This document shows, piece by piece, positions 19,059-28,460 of a stretch of 64,000 nt of DNA. The translations under genes and the position numbers were made by a program. Source of the stretch: Actinomycetes bacterium (GTDB lineage: Bacteria; Actinomycetota; Actinomycetes; JAHEKZ01); the NCBI GenBank assembly GCA_024644345.1, contig JAHELE010000001.1, forward strand, positions 18,659-82,658, read 5' to 3'. Position 1 is the first letter of the stretch. Each line of letters begins with the position of its first letter. Under the pieces are notes generated by a model. That model was not told the origin of the DNA. It did not search any database and was given only the letters and a program-made list of their open reading frames with translations.

Positions 19059-20235
19059 CTCTCAGGTACGCAATCGCGTGCCGAATCCGTTCGAGCAGGT
19101 CGTCCAGGTCAGTCCCGGTGGCCGTAACGTGGCCAACCTTGCGACCTGGCTTCACCGCCTTGCCGTACATGTGGAACTTCAGGGCCGGGTCACGCGCCAT
19201 GCAGTGCAGGTAGGCGGGGTAGAGGTCGTCCAGGTCACCACCGAGCAGGTTCACCATGACCGTCAGTGGTGCTGTCGCCGACGGATCACCGAGAGGCAGG
19301 TCGAGAACGGCCCTCAGGTGGTTCTCGAACTGGCTGGTCACGGCACCGTCGATTCCCCAGTGACCGGAGTTGTGCGGTCGCATCGCCAGCTCGTTGACGA
19401 GGACCCCGGCCGGGGTGTCGAAGAGCTCGACGGCCATCATCCCGACGACGTCGAGCTCCCCAGCGATCTGCAGGGCGACCTGCTGCGCCCGTACCGCGTG
19501 GTCCTCGTCGATCCCCGGAGCCGGGGCGTAGACCTCATGGCAGATGCCGTCGCGCTGCACGGTCTCAACCACGGGATAGGCGACCGCCTGCCCGCTCGGG
19601 CTTCTGGCCACCATGGCCGACAGCTCGCGGGTGTAGTCCACCAGCTCTTCAGCGATGAATCCCGGTACCTGGTCGTGGGAAAGCACCTCGGCTGCTTCGT
19701 GCTCGTTCCTGACGACCCACACGCCCTTGCCGTCGTAGCCGCCACGCGTGGCCTTCAGCACGAGCGGAAACGGCGTCGCCTCAGCGAAGGCCAGCACCTC
19801 GGCCACCGACCCCACCACGCGCCACCGGGGAAGCGGCGCGCCCAGCTCGGTCAGCCGCTCGCGCATCAACGACTTGTCCTGCGCGAAGACCAGCGCACTC
19901 GGCCCGGGGCGCACCAGGACGCCGGCAGCGGCCAGCGCGCGGAGGTGCTCACTTGGGACGTGTTCATGGTCGAACGTGACGACGTCGCACCCTTGGGCGA
20001 AGGCCTGCAGGGTGTCGAGGTCGCGGTAGTCCCCCACGACGACGTCCGAGATCACCTGGGCAGCACTGTCGCTGCGGGAATCGGCCAGCAGCCGGAGTCG
20101 AACTCCCAAGGCGATGGCCGGCTGCTGCATCATCCGGGCCAGCTGGCCACCGCCGACAACTCCTACGACCGGGAAGTCGGAGGGGCCGCCGAACGTCGAG
20201 GGACTCGGGGTCTGCGAGCCTGAGGCCTCAGTCAC
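19042..20235 (-). CDS. purK: N5-carboxyaminoimidazole ribonucleotide synthase
   Basis: ATP-grasp protein ([13 protein letters not shown]...). Canonical purK-purE order. Confidence 0.9.
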   Translation of the reverse strand: MTEASGSQTPSPSTFGGPSDFPVVGVVGGGQLARMMQQPAIALGVRLRLLADSRSDSAAQVISDVVVGDYRDLDTLQAFAQGCDVVTFDHEHVPSEHLRALAAAGVLVRPGPSALVFAQDKSLMRERLTELGAPLPRWRVVGSVAEVLAFAEATPFPLVLKATRGGYDGKGVWVVRNEHEAAEVLSHDQVPGFIAEELVDYTRELSAMVARSPSGQAVAYPVVETVQRDGICHEVYAPAPGIDEDHAVRAQQVALQIAGELDVVGMMAVELFDTPAGVLVNELAMRPHNSGHWGIDGAVTSQFENHLRAVLDLPLGDPSATAPLTVMVNLLGGDLDDLYPAYLHCMARDPALKFHMYGKAVKPGRKVGHVTATGTDLDDLLERIRHAIAYLRGDINE

Positions 20236-21157
20236 CGGACGACCCTACCGATCGAGGGATGACACGGTGCACGTCGAGGCCGAGGTCGAGAACCGCGGCC
20301 GAGTGGGTAAGCGCCCCGACAGCAACGAAGTCCACTCCTGTTGCGGCCACTGCCGCCGCGGATGCGAGCGTGAGCCCACCCGACGCCTCGAACAGGATGG
20401 GGCGCCGTTCGAGACGACCGAGAGCGACGGCCTCGCGCAGCTCGTCGACGGTCATGTTGTCCAGCAGGATCAGGTCTGCTCCGGCAGTGATCGCCTCACC
20501 GACCTGCGACACCCGGTCGCACTCGACCTCGAGCGGCATCTGCGGGGCGGCCGCTCGCACGGCCATCACTGCCTCGGCAACGCCACCAGCCGCGACCACA
20601 TGGTTGTCCTTGATGAGGGCGGCGTCGCCGAGCCCCATCCGGTGGTTCACGCCACCGCCGCAGCGCACGGCGTACTTCTCCAGAACCCGCAGACCGGGGA
20701 GGGTCTTGCGCGTATCGCGCACGCGAGCAGGAGCGACGGCCTCGGCCCAGGAGGCCGTGGCAGTTGCGACGCCCGACAGATGTCCGACGAAGTTCAACGC
20801 GGTTCGCTCAGCCGTGAGCAGCCCACGCGTCTGGGCTTGGACGGCGAGCACCTCATCACCAGGCTGAACGACCGACCCGTCATCCACCAGCGATCTCGGA
20901 CGCCAACCGCCGGCACCCATCACCAGGTCGAAGGTGGCGATGGCGAGAGGCAGCCCGGCCACGACGCCGCCGCCCCTCGCACGGATCGACGCCTCTACCC
21001 ACTGCTCGCCCGGCACCGTTGCGGCGGTGGTGACATCTGGGCCGTAGGCGAGGTCCTCGTCGAGCGCGGTGCGCACGAGTGCGGCCGTGGCTTCCGCGTC
21101 GAGCCCGGCCCGCTCGAGAAGCTGCCGGGTCGGCTCACCGAGGTCGTGGTGCTCCAC
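20228..21157 (-). CDS. nadC: nicotinate-nucleotide diphosphorylase (quinolinate phosphoribosyltransferase)
   Basis: Motifs LKDNHV, ILLDNM, GALTHS. The GTG start at 21157 lies 1 nt after the nadB stop. The ORF-track start at 21304 would overlap nadB by 146 nt. Confidence 0.85.
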   Translation of the reverse strand: MEHHDLGEPTRQLLERAGLDAEATAALVRTALDEDLAYGPDVTTAATVPGEQWVEASIRARGGGVVAGLPLAIATFDLVMGAGGWRPRSLVDDGSVVQPGDEVLAVQAQTRGLLTAERTALNFVGHLSGVATATASWAEAVAPARVRDTRKTLPGLRVLEKYAVRCGGGVNHRMGLGDAALIKDNHVVAAGGVAEAVMAVRAAAPQMPLEVECDRVSQVGEAITAGADLILLDNMTVDELREAVALGRLERRPILFEASGGLTLASAAAVAATGVDFVAVGALTHSAAVLDLGLDVHRVIPRSVGSSGD

Positions 21158-21158
21158 C

Positions 21159-22835
21159 TCACTCTCCCCCCACCGGTTCGACGTCGATCTGCACGGCAGC
21201 ACCATCCCATCGCTGCACGATCCGCTGGCGCCAGCGATCAACCGGCCCGGGGAAGTCACCCCGACGATGGCTGCCCCGACTCTCCTCGCGCAACAACGCA
21301 GCACGAGCGATCAACTGCGACACCGCACGCAGATTGGTGGCCTCGATGTCGGTCAGCGAGCGGGCCGACCCGGGCTCGTCGGACGAGCCGCTGGCCTCGA
21401 CGGCAGAGACCAGTCCGGCCTCGTCACGCAGTGGTCCCACCCATCGGCTCATGGCTGCAGACAGGACATCGCGCTCGGCTGGACTGGCGACCGGCAACGT
21501 GGGAGGGCCGAGCACGGGTGGGCCGCTGGCTGGGACGTCGGCGGCCAGTCGGGTGGCCACCAGATGACCGGCCACGAGCCCCTCTGTGACGCCGTTCGAC
21601 GCAAGTCGGTTTGCCCCGTGGACGCCCGTGTCTGCCACCTCGCCGACCGCGAAGAGGCCAGGCACCGACGTCGTGCCGTCCAGCTGTGCCCGCACCCCAC
21701 CGCAGGCAAAGTGAGCAGCTGGGGCTACCGGAATGGGCTCGCGGACCGGATCGATACCGGCAGCTCGGCAACGGGCAACGATGGTCGGGAATCGGTCGAC
21801 CATCGTGGGACCGATCCCGGTGGCGTCGAGAAAGACATGGTCCCCGATCCCACCCGGGGCTTGGCGCATGCGAAGGGAGATCGCCGTGGCGACGACGTCG
21901 CGCGGAGCGAGGTCGCCGAGGGGATGAACCCCCGCCATCACCGAGCGCCCAGCACCGTCCACCAGCGTGGCGCCCTCGCCGCGCACCGCCTCCGATACGA
22001 GCAGCTGCTGTCCGGTGGACGCCGGCTGCCAGAAGGCGGTCGGGTGGAACTGGACGAACTCCACATCCGCCACATCCGCCCCCACGCGGTAGGCAAGGGC
22101 CAACCCGTCACCGGTGGACTCAGCCGGGTTCGTCGTCACGGCATAGGCCTGTCCGAGGCCTCCGGTGGCCACCACGACAGCCGACGTGCGGACCAAGGTG
22201 ACGTCGTGGACCACACCGGTGTCACCGAGGTGCGCGACCAGAACGCCGGCCACCCGACCGTCGGCGTCGAGCACGATGTCGATCGCGATGCTCCGCTCGT
22301 GCACGGCGACTCCGAAGGCACGAAGTGAACCGTCAAGCGTGCGTTGTACCTCGGCGCCAGTGGCGTCCCCGCCGGCGTGCACAATCCGGCGTCGCTGGTG
22401 ACCCCCTTCCCGAGCCAACGCCAGGCGTCCGCCGAGGTCGCGGTCGAACTCCGCTCCCAGATCGATCAGGTCGTGCACCGCCACGGGAGCCAACCGCACG
22501 AGCTGCTCAACGACCACGCGGTCGGACAGGCCGGCGCCAGCCGTCAACGTGTCGGCGATGTGGTCATCCCACGAGTCGTCGGCGGCATCCAGCACCGCCG
22601 CCAACCCTCCCTGGGCCCAGGTCGTCGACCCCGCTCCCAGCCCGGACTTGGTCACCACCAGGACGTCTCGACCGGCTCGGGCGAGGCCTCGGGCCGCGGT
22701 AGCCCCCGCCGCGCCGGATCCCACGACGACGACCTCGGCGCGCTCCTCGTCGGTGGGGTCAACGGGAAGGCGGGGCAAGGAAGACGGGGCCGAAGGGAGC
22801 GGGGACGCCCCCCGAACTCGAGCCGGAGAGGTCAC
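21159..22835 (-). CDS. nadB: L-aspartate oxidase
   Basis: FAD-binding N-terminus ([17 protein letters not shown]...GGLAAV). Succinate dehydrogenase/fumarate reductase flavoprotein-like fold, between nadA and nadC. Confidence 0.9.
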   Translation of the reverse strand: MTSPARVRGASPLPSAPSSLPRLPVDPTDEERAEVVVVGSGAAGATAARGLARAGRDVLVVTKSGLGAGSTTWAQGGLAAVLDAADDSWDDHIADTLTAGAGLSDRVVVEQLVRLAPVAVHDLIDLGAEFDRDLGGRLALAREGGHQRRRIVHAGGDATGAEVQRTLDGSLRAFGVAVHERSIAIDIVLDADGRVAGVLVAHLGDTGVVHDVTLVRTSAVVVATGGLGQAYAVTTNPAESTGDGLALAYRVGADVADVEFVQFHPTAFWQPASTGQQLLVSEAVRGEGATLVDGAGRSVMAGVHPLGDLAPRDVVATAISLRMRQAPGGIGDHVFLDATGIGPTMVDRFPTIVARCRAAGIDPVREPIPVAPAAHFACGGVRAQLDGTTSVPGLFAVGEVADTGVHGANRLASNGVTEGLVAGHLVATRLAADVPASGPPVLGPPTLPVASPAERDVLSAAMSRWVGPLRDEAGLVSAVEASGSSDEPGSARSLTDIEATNLRAVSQLIARAALLREESRGSHRRGDFPGPVDRWRQRIVQRWDGAAVQIDVEPVGGE

Positions 22836-23812
22836 GCGGGGACCGGTGCTCCGCCGAGCTCCACCATCCGCTCGACAGACCGGCGCGCCTTCGCGGCGAC
22901 ATCGGCATCGATGGTCACCTCGAAGACATTCTCCCGCAGCGACCGAAGGAGGGCTTCGGGGGTGATCATCTTCATGTACTTGCAGTCCGCCTTCGGGTTG
23001 ACCGGCTGGAAGTCGGCGAGTGGGTTGGCCTTGCGCAACTGATGCAGCATCCCGGTCTCAGTTGCTACGAGCACGGTGGACGACCCGAGTTGCCGCGCCT
23101 TTGTGAGCATGCCGCCGGTCGAGAGGATGTGCGTGTGAGACTGCGGCACTACTCCTTCGCCTGCCAGGTAGAGCGCCGACGTGGCGCACCCGCACTCTGG
23201 ATGGATCAACAGCTCGGCGTCGGGCAGCTCCTCGACCCGGCGAACCAGCTGGTCACCACTGATCGCGGCGTGCACGTGACACTCACCCATCCAGATGTGC
23301 ATGTTGGTCCGCCCCGTCTCACGCTGGACGTGTGCACCGAGGAATTGATCGGGGAGAAACAGGACCTCACGGTCGGCCGGAATCGAGTTCACGACGTCGA
23401 CGGCGTTGGACGACGTGCAACAGATGTCGGTCTCGGCCTTGACCGCTGCGGAGGTGTTGACGTACGAGACGACGACGGCCCCTGGGTGCTCGGCCTTCCA
23501 TTCCCGCAGCTGGTCGGCGTCGATCGTGTCGGCGAGCGAGCAACCCGCACCGAGGTCGGGGATCAGGACGGTTCGGTCCGGTGCCAGCAGCTTGGCCGAC
23601 TCGGCCATGAAGTGGACACCGCAGAGAATGATGGTGGAGGCGGTGCTGGCGGCCGCGAGCCGGGCCAGCTGCAGTGAGTCGCCCACGTGGTGTGCGACGT
23701 CCTGGATCTCGGGCACCTGATAGTTGTGGGCGAGGATCAGCGCATCGCGCTCGGCTGCGAGGCGCCGCACCTCTTCGGCGAAGGCTGGGTCGACCTGAGC
23801 AGTGTCGTTCAC
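22832..23812 (-). CDS. nadA: quinolinate synthase
   Basis: LAHNYQ...GVHFMAE...ECHVHAAI...HPEC. GTG start with GGAGG 7 nt upstream. 4-nt overlap with nadB. Confidence 0.9.
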   Translation of the reverse strand: MNDTAQVDPAFAEEVRRLAAERDALILAHNYQVPEIQDVAHHVGDSLQLARLAAASTASTIILCGVHFMAESAKLLAPDRTVLIPDLGAGCSLADTIDADQLREWKAEHPGAVVVSYVNTSAAVKAETDICCTSSNAVDVVNSIPADREVLFLPDQFLGAHVQRETGRTNMHIWMGECHVHAAISGDQLVRRVEELPDAELLIHPECGCATSALYLAGEGVVPQSHTHILSTGGMLTKARQLGSSTVLVATETGMLHQLRKANPLADFQPVNPKADCKYMKMITPEALLRSLRENVFEVTIDADVAAKARRSVERMVELGGAPVPA

Positions 23813-23875
23813 GCCGCACCTCCGAGGCGTCGCGCCCGGACCCGTCCGAGTCCTGCTACCGTGTCGCTCACGTAG

Positions 23876-23896
23876 TTATTGACTGGCAGTCCATAA
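23876..23896. promoter_or_regulatory. candidate NrtR operator: 21-bp imperfect palindrome between divergent nadA and nrtR
   Basis: TTATTGACTGGCAGTCCATAA matches its reverse complement at 18 of 21 positions (core GACTG-G-CAGTC). It is centred about 64 bp upstream of the nadA start and about 41 bp upstream of nrtR. Confidence 0.5.
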
Positions 23897-23936
23897 CCTG
23901 ACGATCCACGCTACCACGCGACCAGGAGGGGACGCA

Positions 23937-24665
23937 GTGCCCACCGTGCCCACCGTGCCCAGCCGTACGCCCGGCTACCCGCTCGAGCACGAGGTGCTGG
24001 CCGTTGTGCTGCGGGTCGACGACGACGCCCTCCACGTGCTGCTCTGGCAGCACGGCAGGGGGCCGGCGGCCGGGGCCTGGGCACTTCCTGGCGGGCCACT
24101 CGCCGTCGGCGAGACGTTGGGTCAGTCCGTGGCCCGCCAGCTGACCGAGAAGGTCGACGTACGTCACCTGGCCCACCTCGAACAGCTCGAGACGCGCAGC
24201 GAGATCGGCCGCGCACCACGGGGAAGAGTGTTGGCCACCGCCTACCTCGGTCTCGTCCCGGCCGATGAGACCTCGCTGCTGCCCGCCGACACGCGCTGGC
24301 ATCGGGTCGACGAACTCCCGCCCATGGCGTTCGACCACGCATCGATCACCGCCAGCGGCGTGCGCAGGCTGCGGGCCAAGCTCAGCTACACCAACCTTGG
24401 CTTCGCCCTTGCACCGGCCGTCTTCACCGCCTCCGAGCTGCAGTCGGTCTACCAGGCCGCGCTTGGGCACGACGTGTCAGCAACCAACCTCAAGCGCATC
24501 CTGCTGCGCCGTCATCAGATCGTCGAGACGGGCACCGTCTCGGCCCCAGGACGCTCCGGTGGGCGCCCCGCTGCCGAGTACCGGTTCCGGGCCAGACAGA
24601 TCGAGGTCACCGACCAGTTCGCGGTGCTGCGTCCCCCTGAAGCACCCCGTACCCTCACCGGGTGA
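23937..24665 (+). CDS. nrtR: Nudix-related transcriptional regulator of NAD metabolism (NrtR): degenerate Nudix domain plus C-terminal winged-helix
   Basis: Nudix fold with a degraded Nudix box (GGPLAVGETLGQSVARQLTEKV, lacking the REUxEE glutamates). Divergent from nadABC. AGGAGG RBS before the GTG. Confidence 0.8.
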   Translation: MPTVPTVPSRTPGYPLEHEVLAVVLRVDDDALHVLLWQHGRGPAAGAWALPGGPLAVGETLGQSVARQLTEKVDVRHLAHLEQLETRSEIGRAPRGRVLATAYLGLVPADETSLLPADTRWHRVDELPPMAFDHASITASGVRRLRAKLSYTNLGFALAPAVFTASELQSVYQAALGHDVSATNLKRILLRRHQIVETGTVSAPGRSGGRPAAEYRFRARQIEVTDQFAVLRPPEAPRTLTG

Positions 24666-25189
24666 TGACCACGTCAGGGCCTCCGAGGCGGAGCACCGCC
24701 CTGGGGCAGAGGCTGCGCCGAGGCGCGGGCGAGCTCTCGCGGTTCGGCGTCGTCGGCGTCGGCGCCTTCGTGATCGATGTGGGGCTGTTCAACCTGCTCG
24801 TGCACGTCGGCAACCCCGGGATGCTCGCCGACAAGCCGCTCACCGCCAAGACGATCTCGGCAGTCGTCGCCACCGTCTTCGCGTACCAGTTGAACCGGGA
24901 GTGGACCTGGAAGCACCGCAGCCGGCGCGGCTTCTGGCGCGAGTACTCGCTCTACTTCCTGCTGAATGCGATCGGTCTGGCCATCACCCTGCTGCCGCTG
25001 GCCATTTCTCGTTACATCCTCGACCTCAACTCGGCGTTGGCCGACAACATCTCAGCCAACGTGATCGGCGTCGGCCTCGGCACGCTCTTCCGCTTCTGGT
25101 CCTACCGTCGTTGGGTCTTCCCGGTCGCCAAGGAAGAAGCGGAAGTGAGCGGGACGACGCTGCACCAGCGTGAGACGCCCCCCGACTGA
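24662..25189 (+). CDS. GtrA-family small membrane protein (polysaccharide synthesis/flippase-associated)
   Basis: Four TM helices with the GtrA signature (RFGVVGVGAFVIDVGLFNLL...NREWTWK...FRFWSYRRWVF). ATGA overlap with the nrtR stop. Confidence 0.75.
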   Translation: MMTTSGPPRRSTALGQRLRRGAGELSRFGVVGVGAFVIDVGLFNLLVHVGNPGMLADKPLTAKTISAVVATVFAYQLNREWTWKHRSRRGFWREYSLYFLLNAIGLAITLLPLAISRYILDLNSALADNISANVIGVGLGTLFRFWSYRRWVFPVAKEEAEVSGTTLHQRETPPD

Positions 25190-26341
25190 CACTGCCGCAT
25201 CCTGGGCGGCGGCCAGACCCACACCGGTGCGACCAGATCCGCTGACGTCTCGGTCGAAGACCATCGGAGCCACAGCGTCCGGGATGCCTGAACCCTCGTC
25301 GTAGACGTCGATCCACGTCGCTCCCTGGGCTCGGCGAGCCTCGACCATCGTTCGCCCGCCACCATGTACCAGGCTGTTCTCGATCAGGGTGGCAACTACC
25401 TGACCGACCGGTCCTGCGTCGACGGCCGCGGAGTCAGGCACGTCAACATGTGCCAGCAGTGTGCGGTGCGCGGCGTCGAAGGCTGGTCGCCACTCGGCCA
25501 GCTGCTGCTCGACCACCGCCGCCAGCGGAACCTTCGACCGGAGCGCATCCTGGGATCTGCGGTCGAGCAGCAGATCGTCGACCACCTGAGAGAGCCGCTC
25601 CACCTGGTCGAGGGCCTGTCGGGCCTCCGACCTGACGTCCCGGTCGTCCGGCCAGACGGCGAGCTCCTCCAGACGCAGCGACAGCGCAGTCAGCGGCGTC
25701 TTGAGATGGTGCGACGCATCCACGGTCAACCGCCGTTCCTGTGCGAGAAGGGCGGCCACCCGCACCACCGAAGCGTCCATCGACGAGGCAAGGCGGTCGA
25801 GCTCGGGGACTCCGTAACGGACGTCGGAGGTCCGCAGGTCACCGGAGGCAAGGCGATCGGCGTGCGTGGCGAGCTCGACGATCGGCCGGGTGAGTCGACG
25901 TGACGTCCGGATCGATACGGCGACCGCCACGACCGCGATCGCCAGCCCGATCCCGATGATCGAGCTCAACGCCAGCCAACGGTTCCGCCCGACCGCTCCG
26001 CTGGTGTCCTCCATCGTGAGGACCCCAAGGTCGGCAATGGTCACCGAGACCGTGGGGCCGCCCGCTGCCACCTCGCCGCCGACTACCTGTCCACCGTCAG
26101 CGGTCGCCAGCTCAAGGCGCGAATCGGGTGGCACGACATCAGCAAGGCTGCTCTCGTCCACCACTCCGCCGGAGTGGGACAGCACGTGCAGTCGCTCCGC
26201 GGCCCGCTCCGCCTGAGTCATCAGCCGCCGCTCGTTGTCGCCGGCGATACCGACCCAGTCCGACCAGGCCATGACCCCGGTCATAACGACGATGACCATC
26301 AGCGTGACCGCCAAGGATGCCGCAAGTATTCGACGCTGCAC
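25052..26341 (-). CDS. two-component sensor histidine kinase (2TM-HAMP-HisKA-HATPase)
   Basis: H-box (ASHHLKTPLTAL) and N/G boxes (LIENSLVHGG...YDEGSGIP...GRTGVGL). A GTG start at 26341 lies 1 nt after the response-regulator stop. The 3' end overlaps convergent gtrA. Confidence 0.8.
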   Translation of the reverse strand: MQRRILAASLAVTLMVIVVMTGVMAWSDWVGIAGDNERRLMTQAERAAERLHVLSHSGGVVDESSLADVVPPDSRLELATADGGQVVGGEVAAGGPTVSVTIADLGVLTMEDTSGAVGRNRWLALSSIIGIGLAIAVVAVAVSIRTSRRLTRPIVELATHADRLASGDLRTSDVRYGVPELDRLASSMDASVVRVAALLAQERRLTVDASHHLKTPLTALSLRLEELAVWPDDRDVRSEARQALDQVERLSQVVDDLLLDRRSQDALRSKVPLAAVVEQQLAEWRPAFDAAHRTLLAHVDVPDSAAVDAGPVGQVVATLIENSLVHGGGRTMVEARRAQGATWIDVYDEGSGIPDAVAPMVFDRDVSGSGRTGVGLAAAQDAAVSVGGRLTLVQRRPAHFRFFLGDREDPTTVGPEAEERAEADADHVG

Positions 26342-26342
26342 G

Positions 26343-27014
26343 TCAGGCCTCGTCGAACCGGAAGCCGACACCACGAACCGTCGAGATGTAGGACGTACGC
26401 GTCGCCCGTTCAGCCATGAGCGCTCTGCGTAACCACGAAATGTGCATGTCGACGGTTTTGGTCGACCCGATCCAGGTGGTCTGCCACACCTGTCTCATCA
26501 GCTCTTCCCTTGTGACCACCATCCCCTTACGACGCACCAGGTGCACCAGCACGTCGAACTGACGGCCGGTGACCGGGACCCGTCGATCTCCTTGCCACAC
26601 CAGCCGACCGGCCACGTCGATCCGCAGGTCCTGGCCCTGAAGATATTCCGACTCGGCGTGCCCACGCCGCAGCAAGGCACGGATGCGGGCCATCAGCTCT
26701 TCGGCGCGGAAGGGCTTGACCACGTAGTCGTCAGCCCCGGCATCCAGGCCGACGATGGCATCGATCTCAGATGCCCGGGCCGTCAGCATCAGGACGGGCA
26801 CCGGAGATCCTTCCGCTCGCAGCGTGCGGCAGACCTCGAGTCCGTCAAGCCCGGGAAGTCCGAGATCCAGCAGCAGCAGATCGCTGCCCCTCGCCGCACT
26901 CACGGCCTCGACACCGTTCTCGGCGAGCACTACGTCATACCCCTGACGGCGCAACGCCCGCGTGAGCGGTTCGCTGATGGCGGCGTCGTCCTCGGCCAGA
27001 AGCACAGTGGTCAC
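26343..27014 (-). CDS. OmpR-family response regulator
   Basis: Receiver domain (VLLAEDD...LLLLDLGLPGLDG...MLTAR...KPF) plus winged-helix (TVDMHISWLRRAL...VRGVGFRF). The GTG start at 27014 avoids overlap with the upstream PH-domain gene. Confidence 0.85.
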   Translation of the reverse strand: MTTVLLAEDDAAISEPLTRALRRQGYDVVLAENGVEAVSAARGSDLLLLDLGLPGLDGLEVCRTLRAEGSPVPVLMLTARASEIDAIVGLDAGADDYVVKPFRAEELMARIRALLRRGHAESEYLQGQDLRIDVAGRLVWQGDRRVPVTGRQFDVLVHLVRRKGMVVTREELMRQVWQTTWIGSTKTVDMHISWLRRALMAERATRTSYISTVRGVGFRFDEA

Positions 27015-27054
27015 GGACCGAGAGTAGACGTCCCCCGGTCCGACGCGGTCACCG

Positions 27055-27570
27055 TCAGTCGCCTTCCTGCCGGCGCCGCCGGTCATCTTCCTCGTGCAGT
27101 CGGAAGATCTCGCGCTGAATCAGCTCGACATCCGGGACCGAGGCGATCAACAACCGACCGGTCTCACCAGCGGACTCCACGATCAGGTCGCCGCAGCCGA
27201 GCATGCGGTCGACGACCCCGTAGTTGAAGTGGACATCGTTCACCCGGGCGAGGGGCATGTCGCGCCCCTGCCGCGCGACGATTCCAGAACGAATGATGAC
27301 GCGACGGTTGGTCAGGACGTACTGCGACGTCGCCCACTGGATGACCGGTTTGATCACCCAGATCACCAGCAGGACGACTGCCACCGCCAGAAGGACCCAG
27401 CGCGTCCAGCCCCATCCGTCAGGCACCTGTGCGAGCAGGAACACCGTGCCGAAGACCAACAGCACCAGCGCGACCGCCGGAAAGAACAGGATCCGCCAGT
27501 GGGGGCGCATGTCGTAGACGACGGTCTCACCGTCGGTGAGCAGCTTGTCTGGGTAGGCCATGGAGAGCAT
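27055..27570 (-). CDS. bacterial PH-domain (bPH_2/DUF304, YdbS-like) membrane protein
   Basis: Two TM helices (ILFFPAVALVLLVFGTVFLL; VLLAVAVVLLVIWVI) followed by a PH-like domain (YVLTNRRVIIRSGIVARQG). Position resembles Mtb Rv3278c. Confidence 0.7.
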   Translation of the reverse strand: MLSMAYPDKLLTDGETVVYDMRPHWRILFFPAVALVLLVFGTVFLLAQVPDGWGWTRWVLLAVAVVLLVIWVIKPVIQWATSQYVLTNRRVIIRSGIVARQGRDMPLARVNDVHFNYGVVDRMLGCGDLIVESAGETGRLLIASVPDVELIQREIFRLHEEDDRRRRQEGD

Positions 27571-27602
27571 GGTGACAGACCACGACCGGTAGGACGAGCC
27601 GT

Positions 27603-28421
27603 TCAGTCCGTCGCCGGACGCAGGTGCACGACATCGGCAGATGCAACTTCGCGCTCGCGGCCGTCAACGCGAAGCACGAGCTCACCACCATCACCCAGGC
27701 GAACCGCCCGCCCCTCGAGCACCGACCCATCCGGCAGGTGAGCGCGCACATCTTCGCCCAGAGTGCTCGAGTGCTGCTCGTAGCTCGATCGCACATCCGC
27801 GGCGTCGCCCACCCAGGCGAAGTACCAGGACTGCCATGCCGAGAGAACCCCGGTCAACAGCCCGGGGCGATCGACGGTACCTCCCGACAGCCGCACCGAC
27901 GTCGCTGTGGCGACCGGAAGCTCGGACCGGGACTGATCGACGTTGATCCCCCACCCGGCGACCACCGCGTTGCCCTGTGGAGTCGGCACGACTTCGCACA
28001 GCACCCCGGACAGCTTGCGGCCACCGACGAGCACGTCGTTCGGCCACTTCAGGGTGGCCGACACCCCCAGTGCCTCAACCGCCTCGACAATCGCCAGCCC
28101 GGTCAGCAGCGGGATCCACCCCCACCGGACCGCGGGCACGTCGGGACGCACCAGCACACTGATCATCACCGATGAGTGCCGAGGCGCGGACCATCCGCGC
28201 TCTCGGCGTCCGCGGCCCGACGTCTGCTCCTCCGCCACAAGCACGGCGCCATGTCCAGCGCCGTCTCTGGCCCGTTGCGCCATCGTCAGGTTCGTCGACT
28301 CGAGCGACTCGACCACGTCGAGGGCGCTCCACATGCTGCGGGGGGTGACGACCTCCTGTCGCAGGGCCACCGCGTCAAGGGCGGTGCGCCCGGTGGGTGC
28401 GCTCGCCCCGCTGTCCGTCAC
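27603..28421 (-). CDS. birA: biotin--[acetyl-CoA-carboxylase] ligase (group I, no DNA-binding domain)
   Basis: Motifs EQTSGRGRRERGWSAP...KWPNDVLVGGRKLSGVL. Located just upstream of the acyl-CoA carboxylase genes, as Mtb Rv3279c. Confidence 0.8.
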   Translation of the reverse strand: MTDSGASAPTGRTALDAVALRQEVVTPRSMWSALDVVESLESTNLTMAQRARDGAGHGAVLVAEEQTSGRGRRERGWSAPRHSSVMISVLVRPDVPAVRWGWIPLLTGLAIVEAVEALGVSATLKWPNDVLVGGRKLSGVLCEVVPTPQGNAVVAGWGINVDQSRSELPVATATSVRLSGGTVDRPGLLTGVLSAWQSWYFAWVGDAADVRSSYEQHSSTLGEDVRAHLPDGSVLEGRAVRLGDGGELVLRVDGREREVASADVVHLRPATD

Positions 28422-28460
28422 CCCGACAATCTACTGAGGGCAGTCTGCGAGCGACGCGCC

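Noticed and set aside
18985-20223. 412-aa plus-strand ORF antisense to purK. Similar long antisense or alternate-frame ORFs include 20114-21589, 5065-6243, 36278-37282, 30833-32071 and 40592-41587.
   Set aside because: They are Arg/Pro/Gly-rich with low-complexity composition and lie entirely opposite well-supported genes. These are typical shadow ORFs of ~70% GC DNA where stop codons are rare, and they carry no recognisable motifs.
25052-25189. 137-nt overlap of the histidine kinase C-terminus with convergent gtrA.
   Set aside because: It is not treated as a separate feature and is likely open-frame read-through beyond the true C-termini. It is kept as a note under the findings.
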